Source of the DNA: Botryllus schlosseri
Taxonomy: Eukaryota
Assembly (NCBI GenBank): GCA_051294905.1
Contig: CM119382.1
Coordinates: forward strand, 10,540,001-10,604,000
Direction: 5' to 3'
Length of the DNA: 64,000 nt
Made by a program: the position numbers and the translations under genes. Positions 9,471 through 21,000 of the stretch are shown here, piece by piece. Numbering within the stretch: the first letter of the stretch is position 1; every line of letters starts with the position of its first letter. Below the pieces are notes generated by a model, which saw nothing but the letters and a program-made list of their open reading frames with translations, was not told where the DNA came from and searched no databases.

Positions 9471-10112
9471 TTATAGTGGCGTGTACAACACGAGTTCATC
9501 CCCAGGAAACACCCCTGTTTTAACACGACTAGAATCGGGTGTGGCTTGCGTCAAATCTATAAAAATGTACCCGTGAGCGTTCTTTGTCGCATCGGCATAC
9601 GCGTCAACTAGAAACTTGGCGTTACCGGGGTACATTTGCTTGCCAAGAACTCGAATCTGAGATCGATCTCTAGGATTACGCATGATAATCAAATACTGGG
9701 TGCTGAGACTGAGGTCCCTCGATCTTTTGGACTGGAAATATAGATTTTGGACCGCGAATATTGTGGTCACCGAGCCGTGATTCGCGTAGACTGTAAAAAA
9801 GGGGGTCACCCTGTCCGAAAATTCCATTTTATCATCAATAATTAATAGAGTAGGACACGGGCGGCTTGTCGCCAACTCATCCAAAATGGAGAGATCCGAG
9901 TAAAACTCAACGCCTTGTAGCTCGTTAAAGGAGTCTTGATAAGCCGTATAGCAATAGATAATTCTTTTAATTCGCCCCTTTGAAAGCTGATCGATATTTT
10001 TTATGACTTTAAATATAAAAGTACTCTTCCCCGAAAACGACGGTCCTGCTAAAAGACACGCCCTCCCTGTCGAGAAATCCATCACCAAGGCTGTTTTGAC
10101 GCGACGAGACAT
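9471..10112 (-). CDS. FtsK/A32-like genome packaging ATPase
   Basis: Walker A GPSFSGKST, Walker B LLIIDD, and AVQNLY. Confidence 0.93.
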   Translation of the reverse strand: MSRRVKTALVMDFSTGRACLLAGPSFSGKSTFIFKVIKNIDQLSKGRIKRIIYCYTAYQDSFNELQGVEFYSDLSILDELATSRPCPTLLIIDDKMEFSDRVTPFFTVYANHGSVTTIFAVQNLYFQSKRSRDLSLSTQYLIIMRNPRDRSQIRVLGKQMYPGNAKFLVDAYADATKNAHGYIFIDLTQATPDSSRVKTGVFPGDELVLYTPL

Positions 10113-10235
10113 GTATTCACAAACACACTTCTATATATATATAACAAGGATAGGTACACGAAAAAATATGGCGATTCAGAGCGTCACGCAAACCGTCCAC
10201 ACAGCGAATCTTACAATGTCCACGACCCCGTCTTT

Positions 10236-11796
10236 TTACACCAGAAGCGAGGTGTCATAATCGACGCGAGAAGACGTGGCATCATCAGGGCTCAGCGGTG
10301 TCATGGCCAAGACTCGAGGTCTACGAGGGGGAGGGTAAGGTGATACCCGCCCGGGTGACTTTTTTGTTACGATTTTAGTCAGATTCGGTCTTGGTAGCAC
10401 TGGCGACTGATGTATGTCTCTGGCACGCTGCGGTGTCGCCACGACAAACGGGGCAGTCAGATTCGGTCTTGGTATCACTGGCGACTGATGATGTATGTCT
10501 CTGGCACGCTGTGGTGTCGCCACGACAAACGGGGCGTCAACCACGGTGGGTGATGTGTCAACGGATTTAGGGGCGCGACGATCTTCTCTATGACCCGATC
10601 GGAGATAACCCTGGTTCATGAAGCGGTATCGGGTGTTGTCGTTTCTTTCGTGAGTCAAGCGCTGATCACGGCTCTGTACGCTGCAGGAGGCACGATCGGT
10701 TGGGTCTGTGAAGCCAACTTGACGACGATTCAAGATACGGGCATCAGTCAGCAGTCGGCTCGTCACATCATCGCCTTCATATGTGAACACAGGTAGAAAC
10801 TGCAGCTCCGTCACACACCGCAACAGGTCGTCTCGAAAGCTCATCCATTCTAGAACACAAAGGATAGTTACACATGTGTCGGGTAATGACTATTACTGCT
10901 TGGTTACCTGGTCTCAAGGTGGTGGCAGTGTGTAGACACTCCTGCAACTCTTTCTTGAAGTGAATCGTTTGCTGATCGGTCAGATTGTCTTCCAGCAGAA
11001 TATCTTTCAGCACAGAGACACGATGCCAGTTGGCTTGGGTGTCGCGGTGAAGTCTATTGAGTGAAAGCTGGCCACAAACATGACTAATGAAATCGCTAGC
11101 TGAGTTATGAGTCATCTGGAAAAACAAAAATAACACACGTATTACAAACTGAAACGCCGCCTTCGAAAACTAGTCACAAGCGACAGGCGTTGATGATAGA
11201 AAAAGCGTTCAATGTGGAATAAAATTTCACAGTGAGCACCAAAAGATATACAATGTATGCCAACAAAATAGTGTCTTCGTTTTAACATGTCTTTGACGTG
11301 CCGCCGAAACACTATAAAATAAAATAATAGTAAGACTCCATACTTGTGTCACAATATACAACCCCACCTGTTTTTAGGAATTCCATGTGACTCGACAGGT
11401 CTTGTAGCTGAGACGGGCGAGGAGGACGCCAGCAGATTCTTGTGTCTATGAATAAACGTGCCTTAGCAACGACAGAGAGCTAATAGCATATTTACACACC
11501 CCCAATCTCCTCCAAGATGTTTCTGAGTCTTCTGACGTCCATGTTCAAAGCCTCTATCTTCAAGACCTCAGCCAAAAGTTCCACCCGGTCTGCCCCGTAT
11601 TCGTGTCGTATGATCAGGCCAAACAGAACCCCAATCTCAAACTTGTCTTTCTGCTCGCATGGAGGTAAATGATCGTACCCAGACATGTACTCCCGCAGCG
11701 GGAAGAATTCTGCATGATCAATGTATTGATCCATCTGAGAATTGCGACAATTATGATTTCAATTTATGATGAATCATAACAGTTTCAACTCACCAT
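10236..11796 (-). CDS. Predicted spliced accessory gene, about 423 aa, unknown function
   Basis: Coding segments 11796-11794, 11734-11500, 11445-11368, 11311-11178, 11115-10908 and 10849-10236 join in frame through GT-AG introns of 59, 54, 56, 62 and 58 nt. Confidence 0.6.
10377..10535. repeat. Two tandem 78/81-bp coding repeats
   Basis: Encode APFVVATPQRARDIH(H)QSPV(I/L)PRPNLT twice. Confidence 0.9.
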
Positions 11797-12057
11797 GATT
11801 CCTTCTATACGCTGATAAAATCTGAAAAGAAAAACTCATTGTATTATACAATCATGAAACACAATACGCTTTTCCCCACCTGCTGTAAGCTATTGGCCTG
11901 TGGAGTTAATGCTATCGTCTGTAAACAACGCGAGAAAACGAGCACTATTGTGAAAGGTTCAAGATGCATAGAATAATTCGAATCAACATGAGAGCATAAT
12001 GCGAAAACAGGTTTAAAAAAAAAGCACAGAATACGGAAAGTGCACATTTGGAAAAAA

Positions 12058-13012
12058 TCATAGTTCCAAGGGTCTCGTATGAATACCGTCTGATTCGACT
12101 ATTCGTTTACAGTAGAAGTGAGACAGGGCCGATCGAAATTGCTCATAGGTAAAAATGGAGGCATTTTTCCGTACAAAACCCGAATTAATATCCCCATGAG
12201 GTTTTTTCTCAAACAACACTTTCCGGTAGATGTCAGCAGTCAGTTTGTTTACCTTTGAGAGCCCTTTACACGAGTACTTATCCTCATTGCAATAATAAGT
12301 CTTTGCGGACAGACCAACGAAAATATTCGATTGTGCCTCAATTTTGAAAAGACCACTGGTCCGTTGATCATATCGATTACGAGCTTTACAACAGGCACGT
12401 TTATCATTGAACGATAGAGGATTGGCCAAAAATTCGCTACGGTGCTCATCACAGGCGATTGCTGGAAAATATTTGTGAAAATTTTCAAAAAATTCTGCTT
12501 GTTTTTCGGGTTGTACAACTTTTAGCAGGCTGTCAGAGGAGATAGCGCCGTACCAGGAATCAGTGTCCGAGTATAATAGTTCAATGGACCGTGGCAGGAG
12601 GTAGGTGGACATATACGAATGGAACCGTAATAAGGCCAATTTCGCATAACCATACACAAAGTACCCAATGTGGTTAGGTTGGTTCCAAACATGTTTTCTC
12701 AATTTCATGGTCACCTCAAAAATATCTGGTGACAACTCAATCATTGATTTAAATCTGGAGTCATTTACCAAGACCATAGCTTTTTGACGGTTAACAATCT
12801 TGACATCAGAATATTTTGTACAATTCGAGATAGTTTTACCTATACAGGAATTTCCAATGTCCTTATAGAACTGCCCTAGTGGCTTCTGGGACGGGTCATC
12901 GTCAGCCCGTCTTCTAGCCTCGGTTATCGTATCTACAAGAGAATTGAAACATTCAATGGGTTCAAACTCGATAGCTTGAAATATCTTAGTAACGATTAAC
13001 CCATTCTCGAGG
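12058..13012 (-). other. Duplicate 3' part of pPolB, cut by the assembly gap
   Basis: Matches 18012-18966. Confidence 0.9.
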
Positions 13013-13112
13013 NNNNNNNNNNNNNNNNNNNNNNNNNNNNNNNNNNNNNNNNNNNNNNNNNNNNNNNNNNNNNNNNNNNNNNNNNNNNNNNNNNNNNNNN
13101 NNNNNNNNNNNN
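13013..13112. other. Assembly gap (100 N)
   Basis: Run of exactly 100 N. Confidence 1.
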
Positions 13113-13571
13113 AACATATCTGGGACACTGCGATACTTGCCGGGCGGTATGTAATACACGTGACGATGGCCCCTGTCAGAAAATTCGATACCCGCACGCT
13201 TGTGGTCTACCGTGAACGTGGGCTGGAAGCTCACTGGGAACATGACCTCCGCAAGCGATGCCTCATATCTTTCTGTATCATATTTTAACTCGGAGAATAG
13301 TTGGGTTACAAAATCGTTCGCGGTGTTAGCCTTAAAAACGCTCATTGAAGAATTACTCGGTAAAACCAGAAGAGTCATCTTCGTCGGCGGTTTGGAGAGA
13401 CAGTACCCTAGTTAGCGAGGATATATCCGTCTGGGTTTCGGTGAATAAGTTGTACACAGTTACACCCACGATAAAAAACAGTATCGCGAGCTGTAGAACC
13501 ACCAAAGGTATCCGTAACGTACCCCGCTGCGATAAATCCATGATTACCACGGTCGAGTTGTCGTGTCTGTT

Positions 13572-14573
13572 TTATACAAAACCGTCAACGTAAGAGTCCA
13601 TCGATTTTGGATAACCCTCCCAGCGCACTAGATATCTCCGCTTGCGCCCCCTCCCGATCACTTTCTGTATCGATTCGACGCGATAGACATCGTCTTTTTT
13701 ATCGATGGCTTGTAATTCGCTTTCGTAGAATGTTCCACTAATTACGTCCCCGTTATAATCTCGGATGGTGTACGTAGCGGGGCTTCCCCATTTCCGTGTG
13801 TGCACGTAAAATATCTCGCGAGTCCAAGACCCCGCTGTCCCTTTTGCAAACGTGGCACGTCGGGTGGTAATTCTCACTGGTTGATCGACGGGTAGCTTGG
13901 GTGACACCGGAGGTCCGGTTCCGTTGTATAGTCTATCGAACACCAGAGACGCGTTGCTATTGGTAACCTCTGACGGTCGCATCAAAATCGCGGTGTGATA
14001 CGTTTGGTTATAGCTCTCTGCGATATCTCCCAGCACGTCGATGTAGCGATGTGTGCGGTTCTTGACAAAGTATCGATTCAATACATTGCGGGTCGTACGA
14101 ATTACACGCTCTACGACGCTAGCCTTAGTATCGCTGTTGGTAAAAAAGTGCTTGACGTGGTTGTCTCTAAAAAACCTCTGTATAACCGACCCCGTGAATT
14201 CTTTCCCGGCATCAGTCTGAACGACGTGTGGTCTCTTATGAGCGAATACCTGGTTGAAGCCCTCGATCATATCTATCGGACGCTTTCGTTTCGTGGCGTA
14301 TAAAAACATATATTTCGAAAAACAACAAATTGACACCAACACATAACGATAGCCATCATTGCTACTAGAAATATTAGACAAGTCCATGAGGTCACTCTGG
14401 ATCTGAATAAATGGCCCGCCGACGATCGTCTTCTGTCGTTGAAATTTGCCGGTATACGGATAGAACAGGGTGTAGCTATCCTCTTGTTTCAAATCCTTCT
14501 TGTCGGGGTGCAAGTATTTACCGCGATAGCTCGCCGGGGCTTTGATATCAAAATATTTATCCTTACTCGTCAT
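13572..14573 (-). CDS. Integrase (second assembled copy)
   Basis: Identical to 7618-8619. Confidence 0.9.
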   Translation of the reverse strand: MTSKDKYFDIKAPASYRGKYLHPDKKDLKQEDSYTLFYPYTGKFQRQKTIVGGPFIQIQSDLMDLSNISSSNDGYRYVLVSICCFSKYMFLYATKRKRPIDMIEGFNQVFAHKRPHVVQTDAGKEFTGSVIQRFFRDNHVKHFFTNSDTKASVVERVIRTTRNVLNRYFVKNRTHRYIDVLGDIAESYNQTYHTAILMRPSEVTNSNASLVFDRLYNGTGPPVSPKLPVDQPVRITTRRATFAKGTAGSWTREIFYVHTRKWGSPATYTIRDYNGDVISGTFYESELQAIDKKDDVYRVESIQKVIGRGRKRRYLVRWEGYPKSMDSYVDGFV

Positions 14574-15015
14574 CGTCGTAGGCCGTCCACGATCCGTAGA
14601 GCTGGGGCGGCTTCCTGTTAGCTCGACGGCTACGTTTGATGATCTCTTGCAGTGGCGGTGATCTTTTGGCTATCTTGCTTGTGGTGGGGGTACTTGGAGA
14701 CGACGGGGCTTTCGGTGTTACTTTCGAGGTGACCCGACCCGGCTTCACCTCGTGCAGTAATTCACGGAGAGTGGCTATCTGATCGTTCGTGAACCCGTTG
14801 GAGGTGTCGGTCATCTTCATCTGAAGAGGCTTGTCGATCTGACCCCGTTGACTTTTATACTTTGAGATGGCAGAGTTATACATGGACAATTTCTTGTCGG
14901 CCGAAACGTCCATAGTCAAAATCGCGCTGATCGATCGGTCCAACTCGGAGTTCAAATCAGTCGCGTTAGAGGGAGCCAGAGGGTTAGGCGATATGATCAC
15001 TTTTTTGAAATTCAT
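14563..15015 (-). CDS. 150-aa hypothetical protein (second copy)
   Basis: Identical to 8609-9061. Confidence 0.6.
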   Translation of the reverse strand: MNFKKVIISPNPLAPSNATDLNSELDRSISAILTMDVSADKKLSMYNSAISKYKSQRGQIDKPLQMKMTDTSNGFTNDQIATLRELLHEVKPGRVTSKVTPKAPSSPSTPTTSKIAKRSPPLQEIIKRSRRANRKPPQLYGSWTAYDDDE

Positions 15016-15386
15016 TTTTTGCCAAAAACAGATTTCAGCAACGATGCCGCCAATGGCAGGATTGATAAGATACCGCTAATAAAACCGCCTCGTTGTGTGT
15101 TGGCGTGTAATACACGTCTCTTGGTCTTCAAGCTCAACTTTTTACTTGTCAGCTTTCGAATTTTGTCTTTATGCGGGTGTAAATTTTGTATATGGCGTTT
15201 TGACAGTCGCAGATTGCCGTTCAAAACATTCACACAGACTTCACAAAATGCCTTCACCAAACCGGAAGAGCTACCCAATAATATATCCTTCCTTACCGCG
15301 GGCGACGCCTTGGACAGAAATTTCAAAGTCTCGCCGTGCTTCTTAATATAACAGTGACGTTTCGGCAGCGATTTGGTCCGAGCCAT
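15012..15386 (-). CDS. QRGG-F core protein (second copy)
   Basis: Identical to 9058-9432. Confidence 0.75.
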   Translation of the reverse strand: MARTKSLPKRHCYIKKHGETLKFLSKASPAVRKDILLGSSSGLVKAFCEVCVNVLNGNLRLSKRHIQNLHPHKDKIRKLTSKKLSLKTKRRVLHANTQRGGFISGILSILPLAASLLKSVFGKK

Positions 15387-15424
15387 TATGAATATAGTGT
15401 CAAAAGTGTCGGTACTTTCGCTAT

Positions 15425-16066
15425 TTATAGTGGCGTGTACAACACGAGTTCATCCCCAGGAAACACCCCTGTTTTAACACGACTAGAATCGGGTGTGGCT
15501 TGCGTCAAATCTATAAAAATGTACCCGTGAGCGTTCTTTGTCGCATCGGCATACGCGTCAACTAGAAACTTGGCGTTACCGGGGTACATTTGCTTGCCAA
15601 GAACTCGAATCTGAGATCGATCTCTAGGATTACGCATGATAATCAAATACTGGGTGCTGAGACTGAGGTCCCTCGATCTTTTGGACTGGAAATATAGATT
15701 TTGGACCGCGAATATTGTGGTCACCGAGCCGTGATTCGCGTAGACTGTAAAAAAGGGGGTCACCCTGTCCGAAAATTCCATTTTATCATCAATAATTAAT
15801 AGAGTAGGACACGGGCGGCTTGTCGCCAACTCATCCAAAATGGAGAGATCCGAGTAAAACTCAACGCCTTGTAGCTCGTTAAAGGAGTCTTGATAAGCCG
15901 TATAGCAATAGATAATTCTTTTAATTCGCCCCTTTGAAAGCTGATCGATATTTTTTATGACTTTAAATATAAAAGTACTCTTCCCCGAAAACGACGGTCC
16001 TGCTAAAAGACACGCCCTCCCTGTCGAGAAATCCATCACCAAGGCTGTTTTGACGCGACGAGACAT
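15425..16066 (-). CDS. Packaging ATPase (second copy)
   Basis: Identical to 9471-10112. Confidence 0.9.
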   Translation of the reverse strand: MSRRVKTALVMDFSTGRACLLAGPSFSGKSTFIFKVIKNIDQLSKGRIKRIIYCYTAYQDSFNELQGVEFYSDLSILDELATSRPCPTLLIIDDKMEFSDRVTPFFTVYANHGSVTTIFAVQNLYFQSKRSRDLSLSTQYLIIMRNPRDRSQIRVLGKQMYPGNAKFLVDAYADATKNAHGYIFIDLTQATPDSSRVKTGVFPGDELVLYTPL

Positions 16067-16189
16067 GTATTCACAAACACACTTCTATATATATATAACA
16101 AGGATAGGTACACGAAAAAATATGGCGATTCAGAGCGTCACGCAAACCGTCCACACAGCGAATCTTACAATGTCCACGACCCCGTCTTT

Positions 16190-17750
16190 TTACACCAGAA
16201 GCGAGGTGTCATAATCGACGCGAGAAGACGTGGCATCATCAGGGCTCAGCGGTGTCATGGCCAAGACTCGAGGTCTACGAGGGGGAGGGTAAGGTGATAC
16301 CCGCCCGGGTGACTTTTTTGTTACGATTTTAGTCAGATTCGGTCTTGGTAGCACTGGCGACTGATGTATGTCTCTGGCACGCTGCGGTGTCGCCACGACA
16401 AACGGGGCAGTCAGATTCGGTCTTGGTATCACTGGCGACTGATGATGTATGTCTCTGGCACGCTGTGGTGTCGCCACGACAAACGGGGCGTCAACCACGG
16501 TGGGTGATGTGTCAACGGATTTAGGGGCGCGACGATCTTCTCTATGACCCGATCGGAGATAACCCTGGTTCATGAAGCGGTATCGGGTGTTGTCGTTTCT
16601 TTCGTGAGTCAAGCGCTGATCACGGCTCTGTACGCTGCAGGAGGCACGATCGGTTGGGTCTGTGAAGCCAACTTGACGACGATTCAAGATACGGGCATCA
16701 GTCAGCAGTCGGCTCGTCACATCATCGCCTTCATATGTGAACACAGGTAGAAACTGCAGCTCCGTCACACACCGCAACAGGTCGTCTCGAAAGCTCATCC
16801 ATTCTAGAACACAAAGGATAGTTACACATGTGTCGGGTAATGACTATTACTGCTTGGTTACCTGGTCTCAAGGTGGTGGCAGTGTGTAGACACTCCTGCA
16901 ACTCTTTCTTGAAGTGAATCGTTTGCTGATCGGTCAGATTGTCTTCCAGCAGAATATCTTTCAGCACAGAGACACGATGCCAGTTGGCTTGGGTGTCGCG
17001 GTGAAGTCTATTGAGTGAAAGCTGGCCACAAACATGACTAATGAAATCGCTAGCTGAGTTATGAGTCATCTGGAAAAACAAAAATAACACACGTATTACA
17101 AACTGAAACGCCGCCTTCGAAAACTAGTCACAAGCGACAGGCGTTGATGATAGAAAAAGCGTTCAATGTGGAATAAAATTTCACAGTGAGCACCAAAAGA
17201 TATACAATGTATGCCAACAAAATAGTGTCTTCGTTTTAACATGTCTTTGACGTGCCGCCGAAACACTATAAAATAAAATAATAGTAAGACTCCATACTTG
17301 TGTCACAATATACAACCCCACCTGTTTTTAGGAATTCCATGTGACTCGACAGGTCTTGTAGCTGAGACGGGCGAGGAGGACGCCAGCAGATTCTTGTGTC
17401 TATGAATAAACGTGCCTTAGCAACGACAGAGAGCTAATAGCATATTTACACACCCCCAATCTCCTCCAAGATGTTTCTGAGTCTTCTGACGTCCATGTTC
17501 AAAGCCTCTATCTTCAAGACCTCAGCCAAAAGTTCCACCCGGTCTGCCCCGTATTCGTGTCGTATGATCAGGCCAAACAGAACCCCAATCTCAAACTTGT
17601 CTTTCTGCTCGCATGGAGGTAAATGATCGTACCCAGACATGTACTCCCGCAGCGGGAAGAATTCTGCATGATCAATGTATTGATCCATCTGAGAATTGCG
17701 ACAATTATGATTTCAATTTATGATGAATCATAACAGTTTCAACTCACCAT
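16190..17750 (-). CDS. Spliced accessory gene (second copy)
   Basis: Identical to 10236-11796. Confidence 0.55.
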
Positions 17751-18011
17751 GATTCCTTCTATACGCTGATAAAATCTGAAAAGAAAAACTCATTGTATTA
17801 TACAATCATGAAACACAATACGCTTTTCCCCACCTGCTGTAAGCTATTGGCCTGTGGAGTTAATGCTATCGTCTGTAAACAACGCGAGAAAACGAGCACT
17901 ATTGTGAAAGGTTCAAGATGCATAGAATAATTCGAATCAACATGAGAGCATAATGCGAAAACAGGTTTAAAAAAAAAGCACAGAATACGGAAAGTGCACA
18001 TTTGGAAAAAA

Positions 18012-21000
18012 TCATAGTTCCAAGGGTCTCGTATGAATACCGTCTGATTCGACTATTCGTTTACAGTAGAAGTGAGACAGGGCCGATCGAAATTGCTCAT
18101 AGGTAAAAATGGAGGCATTTTTCCGTACAAAACCCGAATTAATATCCCCATGAGGTTTTTTCTCAAACAACACTTTCCGGTAGATGTCAGCAGTCAGTTT
18201 GTTTACCTTTGAGAGCCCTTTACACGAGTACTTATCCTCATTGCAATAATAAGTCTTTGCGGACAGACCAACGAAAATATTCGATTGTGCCTCAATTTTG
18301 AAAAGACCACTGGTCCGTTGATCATATCGATTACGAGCTTTACAACAGGCACGTTTATCATTGAACGATAGAGGATTGGCCAAAAATTCGCTACGGTGCT
18401 CATCACAGGCGATTGCTGGAAAATATTTGTGAAAATTTTCAAAAAATTCTGCTTGTTTTTCGGGTTGTACAACTTTTAGCAGGCTGTCAGAGGAGATAGC
18501 GCCGTACCAGGAATCAGTGTCCGAGTATAATAGTTCAATGGACCGTGGCAGGAGGTAGGTGGACATATACGAATGGAACCGTAATAAGGCCAATTTCGCA
18601 TAACCATACACAAAGTACCCAATGTGGTTAGGTTGGTTCCAAACATGTTTTCTCAATTTCATGGTCACCTCAAAAATATCTGGTGACAACTCAATCATTG
18701 ATTTAAATCTGGAGTCATTTACCAAGACCATAGCTTTTTGACGGTTAACAATCTTGACATCAGAATATTTTGTACAATTCGAGATAGTTTTACCTATACA
18801 GGAATTTCCAATGTCCTTATAGAACTGCCCTAGTGGCTTCTGGGACGGGTCATCGTCAGCCCGTCTTCTAGCCTCGGTTATCGTATCTACAAGAGAATTG
18901 AAACATTCAATGGGTTCAAACTCGATAGCTTGAAATATCTTAGTAACGATTAACCCATTCTCGAGGTACCACTTCAATAGTGGTGTTATTAACAATGTTT
19001 TTGTGGCCTGCAGAGTAGCAATCAAGAATTTCCGTGGCCGTTTCAAAAAACCATGTTGTTCAGCAAATGCTTTCATGTACGGGCCTATATCATCACGACT
19101 TACGTAAGCATGTTTGAACAGGGGACAGAACTCACTAAAATGCTCCTTGAGGTGACTAGGCACATGAATATCGACCTCAACGGCCCCAAAAAATTGATCT
19201 TTTGACACCAACTCTAAGAGTTTCGAACTTGAAAGGACCCGACATTTCACCATTTTACTGGATTCGAGCGTTTGAATAAAGGCAGCTATATCACTTCGTT
19301 GGCGCATAATGACCCATTGACATTCTGTGATGTACTCCAATTTATACCCCACTTTTTGAATATACTGGATTTTACGCTGCGTCGCGGCCCAGCGGGCTTG
19401 GCGATCCGGGCTGGCTCCCAACTCGCAGCCGTGACCATGGTGAAAACATCCAAACAGCTCAAGTGCAACAGGCCCTTGTGGAGTCCTATAATACCCATCA
19501 ATACAAATCTGGAGCAGGCCGATACGATGCTCAGGACCATTGAATTGATGTTGGATTTTGACCCCCCGACAGTGCGCAATGTAGCTTAGCCATTGGTGAG
19601 CCATTTTTCCATAGAGCGGGGCCGTTTTTGTCCTGGAGAATAGAGTAAAATCTTCATTAGGTGACCACAGACAAGGATAGCCCCCCGGTAATCGTGAACG
19701 GAGAGTATCCAAATAAAGACAATTCGAATCCAGACCTAGCACCTGTTCTACAGGTAGAGCGCTATCGCCATAGATTTGGGGTTTGATTTTTGTGACTTTA
19801 GCCTCTGCATATCGCAATGAAACAACAGAAAGCCCGCCACGTAGATTTTCACGTATCAAGGTGTGTATATGGCTATACTTTTGATTCAACAAGGTGAATA
19901 CAGGTGGTATGCTATTAAACACCAACCTTGAGGCCAGAGAGGGCAAAGATATACCATGTTTAGCCATGTCAATTGAGTAACGAGCAAAGAGTTGCTTGTG
20001 CTTTGTGAGGGCCTCCAGTAACGGCCCGACATCTAAACTGACATAGAAAGATAGATAGTCACGAAAAGTAGTCATTTTATGTTCCGCCCACTTTGATTGA
20101 CACCAAAGATATTGCTCATCTGTTATATTAGACCGTTTCAGCTTGTTATAAAAATGTATGTGGTCTGGGAGGGATTTTTCATCCAATACTGATAAATCAG
20201 TGAAATAGTTATATGGAAAAAAAGCCTTCGTTGAAGCACAGTTATGACAACGTATGTATGCGTCATAACTTGTGCCGGCGCCAAGATACAAGGTCACATC
20301 CAAAAATCGGAACCTACTAGTCGACAAAGACATATATGACGTACCCCTCTTAACAATACTGATAGGGTCTGATAAGTACTCCACCAGATACGGGATAATC
20401 AGAGGTATATCATAACGAGACCCATTGAAAGAGAATACAGGTAATTGACTCAAATAATTCAAAAAACGCTGTTTCAATAAGGTCGCTGGGCTCATACGTT
20501 TGACATCCGGTTCAGTGGTATGCATTTCTTCAGCAATACAATCTAATCGTTCCAACACATCATGAAATTGTTGACATAATGCCTCAAAACACTCACTTTG
20601 GATCAATTCAAAACGTGACATCATCCTAGCAACCAGCGCTCCAGGGTCGCCATCACTAATTAGTACTTCTGGGGTCTCGTACCCCGGGAAATTACATGCG
20701 AAGGCCACCGCGGCCGGTATATGACAGTCCACATAGTGCACATTAGTAGTATCGTTTGGAGTCGAGCCTTTTTGTAATATACTTTCATAGTCAAAAACCA
20801 AGTTATATGGATAGAAACGAGATGGTTTGGGCACGATTATCCCCAATTCGTCCAACGCTTCAAATATAGTAGGCTCAGGCTTGAACATACCTCCCCGATA
20901 GTGATTAGGAATGTCTTTAAAACAATTATGACGATCGAGATAATATTTTGAGCTGAACAGGCGATGACAAGTCTCACAGCTATAATTCTTGCAATATGAG

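Larger units (their letters stand above)
13113..18966. repeat. Exact duplicate of 7159-13012 (offset 5954), probably an unmerged contig overlap
   Basis: Both copies abut the N gap, and all ORF translations are identical. Confidence 0.9.

Noticed and set aside
7159-18966. Tandem duplication of integrase, ATPase and accessory genes as a biological feature
   Set aside because: The two 5854-bp copies appear identical and meet exactly at a 100-N gap, which is typical of unmerged overlapping contigs. Long reads or depth data would be needed to argue for a real duplication or concatemer.
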